From Acidobacteriota bacterium (lineage in GTDB: Bacteria; Acidobacteriota; Thermoanaerobaculia; Multivoradales; Multivoraceae), in assembly GCA_011525365.1 (NCBI GenBank), contig WTGQ01000002.1:3092140-3156139 (forward strand): a DNA stretch of 64,000 nt, written 5' to 3'. Both the position numbers and the translations under genes were made by a program. Below the pieces are notes generated by a model, which saw only the letters and a list, made by a program, of their open reading frames with translations, did no database searches and had not been told where the DNA came from. Within the stretch, counting starts at the first letter, position 1. Every line of letters begins with the position of its first letter. Positions 51,572-63,853 of this stretch are shown here, one piece after another.

Positions 51572-52558
51572 ATGCAGCCGATGCCCATCCGCCCCCGGCG
51601 AAACCGTCGCTCGGCGGCGATCCGATCGCTGATCCGCGAGACCGACCTCGGACCGGACCGACTGATCTACCCGCTCTTCGTCATGGAGGGCCGGGACGCG
51701 GCCGAACCGATCGACTCGATGCCGGGTCAGGCGCGGCTGAGCATCGACCGCCTGGTCGCCGAGAGCCGCGCCGCGCACGCTCTCGGCGTGCCGGCCGTGG
51801 CGCTGTTCCCGGCCGTGGACGACGAACTGAAGGACCGCACCGCCAGCGGCGCCCTGGACCCGGACGGGCTGGTCCAGCGCGCCGTCCGCGAGCTGAAGTC
51901 AGCGCTCCCCGAGATGCTGGTGATAACGGACGTGGCGATGGACCCGTACTCGAGCGACGGCCACGACGGCCTGGTCGAGGACAGCGAGATCGTCAACGAC
52001 CCGACGCTCGAGATCCTCGCCGCCACGGCGGTGTCGCAGGCCGACGCAGGCGCCGACGTCATCGCCCCCTCGGACATGATGGACGGCCGGGTGCGGGCGA
52101 TCCGCACCGCGCTCGACGCCGCCGGCCACGACCAGGTCGGCATCCTCAGCTACACCTCGAAGTACGCCTCGAACTTCTATGGCCCGTTCCGCGACGCCCT
52201 CGACTCGGCGCCCCGCGCCGGCGACAAGAAGACGTACCAGATGGACCCGGCGAACGTCCGCGAGGCGGTGCGCGAAGCCCGGCTGGACGTCGAGGAGGGG
52301 GCCGACGTCGTCATGGTGAAGCCCGCCCTCGCCTACCTCGACGTGATCCGCGCGGTCCGCGAGGCGGTCGACCTGCCGGTCGCCGCCTACCAGGTGAGTG
52401 GTGAGTACGCGATGATCCAGGCGGTCGCCGCGAACGGCTGGATGGACGGCGACGCGCTGATGCTGGAAACGCTGACCGCCATCCGGCGCGCGGGGGCCGA
52501 CATGATCCTCACCTACTTCGCGCGACGCTGCGCCGAGGTCCTGGACGGCTCCGGTTAG
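51572..52558 (+). CDS. hemB: Porphobilinogen synthase (delta-aminolevulinate dehydratase), Asp-rich non-Zn type
   Basis: RPRRNR, DVAMDPYSSDGHDG, APSDMMDGRV, YGPFRDA, YQMDPAN, MVKPAL.YLDVI, AYQVSGEY, RAGADMILTYFA. Confidence 0.96.
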   Translation: MQPMPIRPRRNRRSAAIRSLIRETDLGPDRLIYPLFVMEGRDAAEPIDSMPGQARLSIDRLVAESRAAHALGVPAVALFPAVDDELKDRTASGALDPDGLVQRAVRELKSALPEMLVITDVAMDPYSSDGHDGLVEDSEIVNDPTLEILAATAVSQADAGADVIAPSDMMDGRVRAIRTALDAAGHDQVGILSYTSKYASNFYGPFRDALDSAPRAGDKKTYQMDPANVREAVREARLDVEEGADVVMVKPALAYLDVIRAVREAVDLPVAAYQVSGEYAMIQAVAANGWMDGDALMLETLTAIRRAGADMILTYFARRCAEVLDGSG

Positions 52559-53264
52559 CGGGCGGCGCGGAACAGGAACAGGTGCTGGGTCGGCAGCGAG
52601 TCGATCCGTTCGACCAGCTCGTAGCCCGCCGGGATCCACTCCGTCATCACCTGCTCGATCGACATCCGGTGGTCGAGCTTGATGTGAGCCGCGCTACGCC
52701 CCTCCAGGCGGAACTCGACGAGGGCGATGACGCCGTCCGGCGCGAGCGCCTCCCGCATCGCATGGAGCATCGGCTCGGGCCGGGAGAACTCGTGGTACAC
52801 GTCGACGATGAGCATCAGGTCGACCTCGCCCTCAGGCAGGTTCGGATCGTCTTCGGTGCCGAGCACCGTGCTGATGTTCGTGATCCCCTCGCGTTCCGCG
52901 AGTTCCGACGCGATCCGTAGCATCTGCGGCTGGATGTCGTTGCACAGCACCGTGCCCTCGGGACCGACCGCCGCCGCCAGGCGGCGGGCGTGGTAGCCCG
53001 AGCCGCAGCCGATGTCGACGACCAGCATCCCCTTCTCGATCGGCAGGGCGGCGATCAGGGCGTCGGGGTTCTCCTCTTCGATGCGCGTCGCCCGCTCAAG
53101 CCAGCCGGCGCCGCGGAATGACATGACATCGGCGATCTTCCGGCCCTTGTAGGTGCCCGGCTCGTCCACGGTCTGGGCCGCTGCCGGTTGTAGCGAGACC
53201 GCCAACACGGCCAGCAGGACGACCGCTACGGTCGCTCCTTGCCGTCCCCAAGTCCCGGGCTGCG

Positions 53265-53268
<4 letters not shown>
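52555..53268 (-). CDS. Class I SAM-dependent methyltransferase with a signal-peptide-like N-terminus
   Basis: GTGA overlap with the upstream peptidase gene; YKGRKIADVMSFRGAGWLER..R..EE.P, DIGCGSGY, DIQPQML, VDVYHEF, LVEFR, LPTQH. Confidence 0.85.
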
Positions 53269-55334
<2,066 letters not shown>

Positions 55335-55405
55335 GGCTGAGGCGCACGCTATCGCACGGATCCCAGGGCTGGCGGGTGCTAGAGTGCCCTCCGGTAACAC
55401 CCATC

Positions 55406-56188
55406 ATGAGAGTTCTCATCCTCCTTGTCTCAGCGCTTCTGAGCTCGGCCGTCGCGGCCCAGCCGAACCGACTCACGACGGCCCGGCTGGACGGCGATGT
55501 ACTGCGACTGGACGTTTCCGCTAACCCGCAGGCCGTGCGCCACTTCCCGTTAGCCAGCCCACCGCGCGTGGTGATCGACCTCTTCGGAATCGACCGGTCC
55601 GCCGCCGAGCTACCGAGACCGCAACAGAGCAGCTCGGCGTTCGAGGTGCGTACCGGCGAGCACGGCGACTTCCTGCGCGTGGTCGTCGACCTTCGGGCGG
55701 CTCTGCCGTCCTACCAGGTACGCCAGTCGGAAGGGCTCATCGAGGTCGGTCTCGGCTCCGGCACCCTGCCGCCATCGGCGACCGGCGTTCTGATCGGCGA
55801 GTCGCCGGTTCCGGGATCACCGACAGCGCCTCCCCCGGTTGCCGCTCCGGTGGTCGACGTCGCCGTTGAAGCCGCGCCAGGCGCACAGCCGGCGGCGACC
55901 TCTCCCGTGTCGCCGGCTCCGACCGGCAGCGAACTGCAGAACCTCGACGACCTGACGACGGACGAACTGCTGGCCCTGATCGACGCGGAACTCGCCGCGG
56001 CGGGACTCGATCAGCAGCAGTCCGCGGAGGAACTGATCGAGCAGGTCGAAGCCGAGCTCGCCGCCCGACCCGGCATCACGGCCGTCCCCGAAACGCCGGC
56101 CGAGCCGGAAGAGCGGGCACCCGTCGAGGAAGGCGACCCTGAAGATCGACCGCCGTTCCGCTTCATCGACGAGGAACCGCCCGGCTAG
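55406..56188 (+). CDS. Secreted AMIN-domain protein with Pro/Ala linker and acidic tail
   Basis: Signal peptide; F.LASPPRVVIDL and VRTG.H...LRVVVDL AMIN motifs; low-complexity C-terminal half. Confidence 0.7.
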   Translation: MRVLILLVSALLSSAVAAQPNRLTTARLDGDVLRLDVSANPQAVRHFPLASPPRVVIDLFGIDRSAAELPRPQQSSSAFEVRTGEHGDFLRVVVDLRAALPSYQVRQSEGLIEVGLGSGTLPPSATGVLIGESPVPGSPTAPPPVAAPVVDVAVEAAPGAQPAATSPVSPAPTGSELQNLDDLTTDELLALIDAELAAAGLDQQQSAEELIEQVEAELAARPGITAVPETPAEPEERAPVEEGDPEDRPPFRFIDEEPPG

Positions 56189-56691
56189 CACCAGAAGCAC
56201 CAGTGGTAGGGGGGCCGGAAGTAGGTGATCAGCCGGCCGCAGACGATGACGCCGATCCAGCAGGCCAGGGAGATCGCCGCCGCGGTTCGGGCGCCCGCCG
56301 GCGCCGGTGCTCCGGCCGCGGCCGCCCGCACGGGCCGAAACGCGAACCGGTAGAACACGAGGATATTCAGGCCGGCGATCGCCATCAGCGACAGCTTGAT
56401 CTGGAACGCCGGGTTGTAGAGGTACTGGTTCGGAGCGCTGACCACGAACAGGAAGCCGGTGCACAGGTTGAGGGCGTAGCCGCCGACGCCCCAGGGCACG
56501 AGCCTGTGCAGCGCGCCCATCGGCACACCCCGGGCGACTCCCAGCAGACGAAGGTCCCAGAGGCCGATGCAGCCGATCAGCAGGGAAAGGCCCAGGAAGT
56601 GGAGAGACTCCACGGTCGGCCAGCCCCACGAGGTGTGCATGAAGCTGTAGATGCCGCTCTTCTGGCCGATCGAGTACAGCAGGTCTTCCAT
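56185..56691 (-). CDS. DUF6644-like 4-TM membrane protein
   Basis: WPTVESLHFLGLSLLIG...DLRLLG, TGFLF, Y.YNPAFQIK, AGLN, SL..WIGVI..GRLI.Y. Confidence 0.75.
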   Translation of the reverse strand: MEDLLYSIGQKSGIYSFMHTSWGWPTVESLHFLGLSLLIGCIGLWDLRLLGVARGVPMGALHRLVPWGVGGYALNLCTGFLFVVSAPNQYLYNPAFQIKLSLMAIAGLNILVFYRFAFRPVRAAAAGAPAPAGARTAAAISLACWIGVIVCGRLITYFRPPYHWCFWC

Positions 56692-56712
56692 GGCTCTCGC
56701 CCGTTTCCCGTC

Positions 56713-57216
56713 TCAGTACAGCAGGTGCGAGGCCAGCATGACCTTCGCGGTGTAGGCGAGGAAGCGGCCGGAAGTGATGACGGCGACCCAGAGCACGAGC
56801 GATACCGCCGCCAGCATCTTCTCCTTCCCGGGCGCCGGCGCCGCATCGTGGCGTGAGTCCCCCAGCACGCCGCGCATCAGCGCTTTCATGATCCAGAGCG
56901 CCGCGGCGATCGCCGCCAGCTTGAAGTAGAAGACCGGGTTGGTCAGCGCCTTGGCGGGGTACGCCAGGAGCAGCGCGAGTCCGGACAACGTGACCACCGC
57001 GAGGCTTGTCCAAAGCACCGGCAGGTAGCGGCACATGAGCGATCGGGGCACGCCGCGGGCAACGCCCAGGATGCGGAGGTCCGTCACCACGTGGATGCCG
57101 GCCACGAAGGCCATCCCGATCGAGTGCAAGACGAGGCTCGAGAAGAACGCCCCGCCCGACTCCCGCATCCAGGTCGACGGGCGGGTCTCCTCCAACCAGA
57201 TCAGAAAGTCGATCAC
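56713..57216 (-). CDS. DUF6644-like 4-TM membrane protein (tandem paralogue)
   Basis: WLEET..STWMRES, LHSIG....G....DLRILG, SGLAL, NPVFYFK, SLVLW..VI.SGRFLAY. Confidence 0.75.
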   Translation of the reverse strand: MIDFLIWLEETRPSTWMRESGGAFFSSLVLHSIGMAFVAGIHVVTDLRILGVARGVPRSLMCRYLPVLWTSLAVVTLSGLALLLAYPAKALTNPVFYFKLAAIAAALWIMKALMRGVLGDSRHDAAPAPGKEKMLAAVSLVLWVAVITSGRFLAYTAKVMLASHLLY

Positions 57217-57237
57217 CCTCGCGGCCCGGACGCGGTG

Positions 57238-59004
57238 CTACTGGCGCTGCTCTTCGATCCAGGCGTCGATCAGCTCTTCCAGGATGTCCAGCGGCACGGA
57301 ACCATTGGCCAGCACCGCGTCGTGGAAGTGGCGCACATCGAAGTCGCTGCCCAGAGCCTCCTCGGCCCGCCCGCGCAGTTCCCGGATCTTCAGCTCGCCC
57401 ATCTTGTAGGCCAGCGCCTGGCCCGGCCAACTGATGTAGCGGTCGGTCTCGGTCGTGACCTCGTGCAACGAGAGCGCCGTGTTCTCGGCCAGGTAGTCGA
57501 GCATCTGCTGGCGCGTCCAGCCGAAGGCGTGCACGCCGGTGTCGACCACGAGCCGGCAGGCCCGCCAGATCTCGTAGGTCAGCCGGCCGAAGTTGCTGTA
57601 CGGATCCTCGTAGATGCCCGCCTCGAGCCCAAGGTACTCGGAGTACAGGCCCCAGCCCTCGCCGAAGGCCGAGAGGTAGTCGTGGCGGCGGAACTCCGGC
57701 CCGGCGTCGATCTCTGCCGCGAGCGCATTCTGAAGATGGTGACCCGGCACCGCCTCGTGCAGAGTCAAGGCCGCGAGCGCATAGAGGGGCCGGCTCGGCA
57801 GGTTGTACGTGTTGACCCAGTAGATGCCGGGCTGCGTGCTGTTGTAGGGGGCCGACACGTAGCGGCCGGCGGTGTACTTCGGCGCCATGTGGTCGGGGAC
57901 CGGCTCGACAGTGTAGGGAACCCGCGGCAGGGTCGCGAACAGGGACGGCAGCTTGCCGTCCATCGTCTTGGCGATCCAGGCGGCGCGCTCCAGCAGCTCC
58001 TGCGCGGTCTTCGGGTAGAAGCGCGGGTCCGTTCGCAGGAAGTCGAGGAACTCGGCGTAGGACCCCTCGAAGCCGATCTCCCGGATCACCTCGGCCATCT
58101 CGGCCCGGATCCGCGCGACCTCGCTGAGGCCGATCTCGTGGACCTCCTGCGGCGTCACGTCGAGCGTGGTGAACCAGCGCACCTGCTCCGCGTAGTACGC
58201 CTGGCCGTCCGGCAGGTCGGAGGCGCCGACGGTCTCCCTGGCGCCCGGCAGGTACTCGCCGACGAAGAAATCGTAGAACCCCTGGTAGGCAGGCACCACC
58301 TCCTCGGTGATCGCCGCCTCGGCATCCGTCAGAATCCGCTCGCGGTCCATCTCGCCGACCGTCGCGGGCACCTCCTCGAAGGGCGCCCAGAAAGCGCTGT
58401 CCCGCGGGTCGTCGACGATGTGGGCGGAGATCGTGTCCTCGTAGCCCGTAAGCGTCACCCGCGGCAGGGTGAAGCCGCGCTCGATCCCCGCGCGCATGTG
58501 GCCCTGCTGCTGCTCGAAGTAGGCCGGGATCGCCCGCATCCTGGCGATGTAGTCGTCGTAGTGGTCCGCCGTCCGGAACGGCATCGGGCGGTACATGCGG
58601 GCGAACCCCATGTGGAAGCCGGAGTCCGCGTTGAGCGGCATCTCGTAGCCGCCGAACTCGAAGCCCTGCACGCTGCTCCGAAGCTGGCGCTCGAACATCC
58701 GCGCGTTGATCCGGTCCGCCGCGCTGAGCCCGGAGACGTCGATCTCCTCGAACCGCCGCAGCACGTCGCGGCGCCGCTCCACCCTGCGTTCGATCGCCTC
58801 CAGGCTGACGTCGGCCAGTTCGTCGTTCCGGCTGTGATCGCCAACGCTCGTCGCGAACTGAGGGCTCTCGATGAGTCTCGCCGCCCAGTCCTCGTCGAAC
58901 AACGCGTAGAGCTGCTCCCGCGCGTCCTGGGGCGGCGCACAGGCGACGACAGCGGCCAGCATCGGCAGCACAAGGGCCATCCGTTCCAGTCGCACTCTGT
59001 TCAT
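57238..59004 (-). CDS. DUF885-family lipoprotein (putative metallopeptidase-like)
   Basis: Lipobox-like VVAC; EVHEIGLSEVARI, HEAVPGHHLQ, EGWGLYSE, WRACRLVVDTG.H..GW, E.DRYISWPGQALAYKMG, FHD.VL.NG.VPL. Confidence 0.88.
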   Translation of the reverse strand: MNRVRLERMALVLPMLAAVVACAPPQDAREQLYALFDEDWAARLIESPQFATSVGDHSRNDELADVSLEAIERRVERRRDVLRRFEEIDVSGLSAADRINARMFERQLRSSVQGFEFGGYEMPLNADSGFHMGFARMYRPMPFRTADHYDDYIARMRAIPAYFEQQQGHMRAGIERGFTLPRVTLTGYEDTISAHIVDDPRDSAFWAPFEEVPATVGEMDRERILTDAEAAITEEVVPAYQGFYDFFVGEYLPGARETVGASDLPDGQAYYAEQVRWFTTLDVTPQEVHEIGLSEVARIRAEMAEVIREIGFEGSYAEFLDFLRTDPRFYPKTAQELLERAAWIAKTMDGKLPSLFATLPRVPYTVEPVPDHMAPKYTAGRYVSAPYNSTQPGIYWVNTYNLPSRPLYALAALTLHEAVPGHHLQNALAAEIDAGPEFRRHDYLSAFGEGWGLYSEYLGLEAGIYEDPYSNFGRLTYEIWRACRLVVDTGVHAFGWTRQQMLDYLAENTALSLHEVTTETDRYISWPGQALAYKMGELKIRELRGRAEEALGSDFDVRHFHDAVLANGSVPLDILEELIDAWIEEQRQ

Positions 59005-59078
59005 CGGAAGCGGCAACCCTATCGAAGCGGCGCGGACGCCTGCGGACCGTGATCGGCTGCTACGATCCCGGACCGCGC

Positions 59079-60242
59079 GTGAAGAAACTTCCCGCTCTCC
59101 TGTTCGCAATCGTCGCGGCCGGCGCCTCCGCCGCGGAAGCCTCCACGCTCCAGCTTCGCCACGGCGACCGGATCTGCCTGGTCGGCAACACCTTCGCCGA
59201 GCGATTCCAGCTCTTCGGCTACTCCGAGAGCGGGCTGCTCGCCGCCTTCCCGGACCTCGAGCTGTCGGTGCGCAATCTCGCCTGGTCGGCGGACGAAACG
59301 GCGCTGCGGCCGCGACCGCTCGACTTCGGCGCGGTGGACCGCCATCTCGAGGCGCAGGGCGCGGACGTCGTCCTGCTGTTCTACGGCGCCAACGAGTCGT
59401 TCGCCGGCGACGAGGGTCTGCCGGCATTCAGGAACGACCTCGGGCGGCTGCTCCGCCATGTCTCGAAGCAGCTCTACAACGGCTCCGAGCCGGCTCGCAT
59501 CGCTCTCGTTTCGCCGATACCGCAGCAGACGCTGCCCTCCGGCCACGGGCTCGACGAGGCGGCGGTCGAACGCCGCAACGTCGAGCTGCGGGCCTACGCC
59601 GAGGCGGCCGAAGCTGTCGCGACCGAGAATGGCGTGCCCTTCCTCGACATCTTCGACGGGGTCGCGGCCGCGTTCGCGGGCGAGCCGGCGCCGCTGACGG
59701 TCAACGGCGTGCATCTGAACGAGGCCGGCTACTGGCACGCCTCCCGGGTGCTTCTCGAAGCGCTCGGCGCTTCGTCGCCGGGTACGGTCGTCGCCTCGGC
59801 CGAAGACGGCGCGGGACTGGAGATCCGGCCGCCGGTTCTGCCGCCGGGGCCCAACGGGAAGCCGGACCGGATCCGGATCACCGTCCGCGACCTGGTTCCC
59901 GGCTACTACGCCCTGCGGCGCGGCGACCAGACTCTGGCCTCCGCCAGCGACGCAGATTGGGCGCAGGGAGTCGACATTCAAGCGACGCCGGCCATCTCAG
60001 CGCTGGTGGAGGCCGGCGACGCTCTGCGTCGCGTGGTGCTGCACAAGAGCCGGCTGTTCTTCGACCGCTACCGCGCCGTGAACGGCTACTACATCTACGG
60101 CGGTCGCAAGGAGCCCTTCGGCGTCCATTCCTTCCCGCCCGAGATGGCCCGCTTCGACGCACTGGTCGGTGAACTCGACGACGAAGCCCGCGACTTGGCG
60201 CGCTCGGACGAAGTCTGGCGCCTGGAGCGCGTCGACCGATGA
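59079..60242 (+). CDS. Secreted SGNH/GDSL-like hydrolase domain protein (GNT variant)
   Basis: Signal peptide after GTG; GDRICLVGNTFAER, RNLAWSAD, YGANESF, LVSP, TVNGVHLN..GY. Confidence 0.78.
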   Translation: MKKLPALLFAIVAAGASAAEASTLQLRHGDRICLVGNTFAERFQLFGYSESGLLAAFPDLELSVRNLAWSADETALRPRPLDFGAVDRHLEAQGADVVLLFYGANESFAGDEGLPAFRNDLGRLLRHVSKQLYNGSEPARIALVSPIPQQTLPSGHGLDEAAVERRNVELRAYAEAAEAVATENGVPFLDIFDGVAAAFAGEPAPLTVNGVHLNEAGYWHASRVLLEALGASSPGTVVASAEDGAGLEIRPPVLPPGPNGKPDRIRITVRDLVPGYYALRRGDQTLASASDADWAQGVDIQATPAISALVEAGDALRRVVLHKSRLFFDRYRAVNGYYIYGGRKEPFGVHSFPPEMARFDALVGELDDEARDLARSDEVWRLERVDR

Positions 60243-63200
60243 ACCGCGTTCCGCTCCTCGCGCTCCTGGCGGTGGCTATCGCTGCCGGCCCGGCGGTCGC
60301 CCAGAACGTCGCCGACGAAGAACCGAACCTCGGCGGCGAGCCCCGGTACGAAGCCCGGGATCCGGCATACGCGCTGGAACACTTGCACCCCGCCGAGGGG
60401 TACGAGGTCTCGCTGTTCGCGTCCGAGCAGGACTTCCCGATCGGGAATCCGGTGGCGCTGGCGTTCGACTCCCGCGGCCGGCTCTGGGTGGCGACCATGC
60501 CCTCCTACCCCCAGCGACTCCCGGACGAGGAACCCGACGACAAGATCGTGATCCTCGAGGACCGCGACGGCGACGGCCGCGCCGACCACCACACCGTCTT
60601 CGCCCGCGGCCTGCACGTGCCGACCGGCTTCGAACTGGGTGACGGCGGCGTGTACGTGGCCCAGCAGCCGAACCTGATGTTCATCGAGGACACCGACGGC
60701 GACGACGTGGCCGACCGCTACGAGGTCATCCTCCATGGCTTCGGCACCGAGGACAGCCACCACTCGATCTCCGCCTTCACCTGGGGACCCGGCGGAGCGC
60801 TCTACTTCCAGGAGGGGGTGTTCCACCACAGCCAGGTCGAGACGCCGTACGGACCGGTGCGGCTGGTCGACGCCGGGGTCTTCCGCTACAAGCCGCGGCG
60901 GTTCCACCTGGAAGTGTTCGTCTCCTACCCCTTCGCCAATCCCTGGGGCCACGTCTTCGACCGCTGGGGACAGAACTTCATCGCCGACGCCTCGGGCGGA
61001 TCGAACTACTTCGGCGCCGCGATCACCGGCAACGCGCCCTACCCGACGAAGCGGCGGCGGATGAAGGTGTTCACCTCGATCGTCCGGCCGACGTCCGGCT
61101 GCGAGATCGTCAGCTCAAGGCACTTCCCGGACGAGGCGCAGGGCAACTTCCTGATCAACAACACGATCGGCTTCCAGGGCATCAAGCAGCACCGGGTGAT
61201 CGAGGAGGACTCCGGCTTCACATCCGAGGAGGTCGAGCCCCTCCTCTACTCGACCGACATCAACTTCCGGCCGGTCGACCTGCAGTTCGGGCCGGACGGC
61301 TCGCTGTACGTCGTCGACTGGTTCAACCCGCTGATCGGCCACATGCAGTACTCGCTGCGGGACGAGCGCCGTGACCACGATCACGGCCGGATCTGGCGCG
61401 TGCGGCACGGCTCGCGGCCGCTGCTCGAGCCGCCCGAGATCGCGGCCGCCTCGACGCCGGCGCTCGTCCGGCTACTCGAGAGCTACGAGGACCGCACCCG
61501 CTACCGCGTCCGCCGCGAACTCCGGGAACGCCCGCGCGACGAGGTGCTGGCCGCGGTCGAGGCGTGGCTGGACGACGTCGACGCCCGCGAACTGGATACC
61601 GGCGACGACGCGAACGTCTCCGATCTGGAACACCACCGCCTGGAAGCGCTGTGGCTCTACCAGAACCTGAACGTCGTCGAACCTGCGCTGCTCGGCCGCA
61701 TGCTCGACTCGCCCGAACCGCGGGCGCGCGCGGCGGCGACCCGGGTCGCCCGCTTCTGGCGGCGCGAACTGGACGATCCCCTGGCCATCCTGGCCGCCCG
61801 CACCGAGGATTCCTTCCCGCGGACCCGCCTGGAAGCGCTGCTCGGTCTGAGCTACCTGGAATCGGAGCCGGCGGCTCTGGCCGCCCTCAGAACGCTGGAC
61901 CAGCAGAGCGACTACTACCTCGACTACGTCCTCGGCGAGACCGTCGACACTCTGGAGGACTTCTGGCTCCCGGCGCTCGAGTCGGACCGCGAACCGCCGC
62001 TGCTCGACGCCCTGGCTCCGCCTTTGGCCACCTACCTGCTGAGCCGCCTGTCGACCCGGAAGCTCGAGCGACTGCCCACCCACCCGCTCACCGACCGCGC
62101 CGTGCTCCGTCGTGCCGACGCCGGCGTCGAGCGCCAGCGCCAGGCCCTCACCAGCCTGACCAGCGGCGAGCGGGGCGGCCGTTCGGTCCGGGAAACGCCG
62201 GCCATGCTCCTGGCCGGGGAACTGGCGGAGCTGGATCAGGCCGAGTCCGCCGACCCGGAGCGCTTCGACCGCATCGCCCTGCACCTGATGGAGCAGGACG
62301 CGCCTTCCCTGCTCGCCGCCCGCGACGAGTTCGAAGCGCTGGCCGGGAACGGCGCCCGGCAGGGCACGCGAAGCGCCGCCATCGCCGCCCTCATCGTCGC
62401 CACCGGCGATCCGTCGCCGGCCAATGTGCTGCCTCGCCGGCGCACCGACGACCGATTGATCGACTGGCTGCGCGCCGTGGACTCCCTGCCGCCGGCGCTC
62501 CGGGGGGATGCCTACCCTGCCGTCTCTTCCCTGTTCGACGAACGCCGCGGGCGCGACCCCAGCGTCCTCGACGCGGCGGTGCGGACGCTCGCCGGCATCA
62601 CCCGGGACGCCGGACGCAGTTTCCGGAGACTGGCGGATCTCGTCTCCGATCCCGACATCGGCCTGGCGACGCTGGAAGGCCTCGGGCAACTCACCGCCGA
62701 AGTTCCCGACGCCTGGCCCGCCGGCGGCGGCGAGGACGCGCTGATCGAACCGGTCCTGGCCGCGCTCCGCGACGCGCCGCCGCGCGAACTGACCTCGCCG
62801 CGTTACCGGCGCATCCACGACCTGGGCCTGCGCATCGCCGACCGGCGGATCGACCGCAGCGGCGGCGAGCGCGGCGCCGACCTCCGCGAAGAGATCGTCA
62901 ACCTGGGCGCCGCGATCGTCACCCTGCGCCCCGTGCCCCACCAGATGCTCTTCGACCTCGAGGAGTTCACGGTCCGGGCCGGCGGACCGGTCGAGATCAC
63001 CTTCGAGAACATCGACGTGATGCCCCACAACGTCGTCGTCACCAGGCCCGGGGCGCTCGAAGAGGTCGGCCGCGCCGCCGACGCGGAGGCCGAACGCAAC
63101 CCGGCCGGGGCCGAGGCGTCCGGCTACGTCCCGAAGACGCCCCTGGTCCTGTTCCGGACCGGCCTCGTCCAGCCGGGCGAAACGGAGGTCATGAGCTTCA

Positions 63201-63853
63201 ACGCCCCGAGGGAACCGGGCCTCTATCCCTTCGTCTGCACCTTCCCGGGGCACTGGATCCTGATGAAGGGCACGATGCGGGTGGTCGAGCGGCTCGACGG
63301 CGCGGCGATCACCCGCTACGCCGCCCCCCGGCTCGCCCCGGACGTTCCCCAGCGCGCCTTCGTCGCCGACTGGAAGTACGAGATGCTGGAGACCGACGTC
63401 GCTCCGCTGGAAGCCGCCCCGCCCGCAAGCGACGAGGAACTCGAGCGCGGCCGGCGGCTCTTCCTCGAGGCCGGCTGCGCCACCTGCCACCAACTCGGCG
63501 GCGCCGGCGGCGAGGTCGGCCCGGCCCTCGACGACGTGCGCGAGCGCCTCGGAGCGCTGGACACCCTACGCCACATCCTGGAGCCCTCGGACGAGGTGGC
63601 CGAGGACTACCTCACGACCCTGGTCGAGACCCTCGACGGCCGCTTCTACTCCGGTCTGCTGGTCGAATCGAACGACGAAGCCGTGCGCATCCGCTCGAAC
63701 CCGCTCGACCCGAACCATGTCGAGACGATTCCCCGCGAGGAGATCGAGAGTCTCGACGAGTCCTCCCTCTCGCCCATGCCGAGCGGCCTGCTCAGCACCC
63801 TCCAGCCCTCCGAGGTCCAGGACCTGATCCGCTACGTGCTCCACGCGCCGTGA
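60239..63853 (+). CDS. PVC-type membrane-bound dehydrogenase-domain protein: beta-propeller + HEAT-like repeats + cupredoxin + c-type heme domain
   Basis: ATGA overlap; signal peptide; GYEVSLFASE...NPVALAFDSRGRLWV, DRDGDGRAD, FRPVDLQFGPDGSLYVVDW; type-1 Cu HNVVV...CTFPGHWILM; heme CATCH...GPAL...SPMPSGL. Confidence 0.88.
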   Translation: MNRVPLLALLAVAIAAGPAVAQNVADEEPNLGGEPRYEARDPAYALEHLHPAEGYEVSLFASEQDFPIGNPVALAFDSRGRLWVATMPSYPQRLPDEEPDDKIVILEDRDGDGRADHHTVFARGLHVPTGFELGDGGVYVAQQPNLMFIEDTDGDDVADRYEVILHGFGTEDSHHSISAFTWGPGGALYFQEGVFHHSQVETPYGPVRLVDAGVFRYKPRRFHLEVFVSYPFANPWGHVFDRWGQNFIADASGGSNYFGAAITGNAPYPTKRRRMKVFTSIVRPTSGCEIVSSRHFPDEAQGNFLINNTIGFQGIKQHRVIEEDSGFTSEEVEPLLYSTDINFRPVDLQFGPDGSLYVVDWFNPLIGHMQYSLRDERRDHDHGRIWRVRHGSRPLLEPPEIAAASTPALVRLLESYEDRTRYRVRRELRERPRDEVLAAVEAWLDDVDARELDTGDDANVSDLEHHRLEALWLYQNLNVVEPALLGRMLDSPEPRARAAATRVARFWRRELDDPLAILAARTEDSFPRTRLEALLGLSYLESEPAALAALRTLDQQSDYYLDYVLGETVDTLEDFWLPALESDREPPLLDALAPPLATYLLSRLSTRKLERLPTHPLTDRAVLRRADAGVERQRQALTSLTSGERGGRSVRETPAMLLAGELAELDQAESADPERFDRIALHLMEQDAPSLLAARDEFEALAGNGARQGTRSAAIAALIVATGDPSPANVLPRRRTDDRLIDWLRAVDSLPPALRGDAYPAVSSLFDERRGRDPSVLDAAVRTLAGITRDAGRSFRRLADLVSDPDIGLATLEGLGQLTAEVPDAWPAGGGEDALIEPVLAALRDAPPRELTSPRYRRIHDLGLRIADRRIDRSGGERGADLREEIVNLGAAIVTLRPVPHQMLFDLEEFTVRAGGPVEITFENIDVMPHNVVVTRPGALEEVGRAADAEAERNPAGAEASGYVPKTPLVLFRTGLVQPGETEVMSFNAPREPGLYPFVCTFPGHWILMKGTMRVVERLDGAAITRYAAPRLAPDVPQRAFVADWKYEMLETDVAPLEAAPPASDEELERGRRLFLEAGCATCHQLGGAGGEVGPALDDVRERLGALDTLRHILEPSDEVAEDYLTTLVETLDGRFYSGLLVESNDEAVRIRSNPLDPNHVETIPREEIESLDESSLSPMPSGLLSTLQPSEVQDLIRYVLHAP

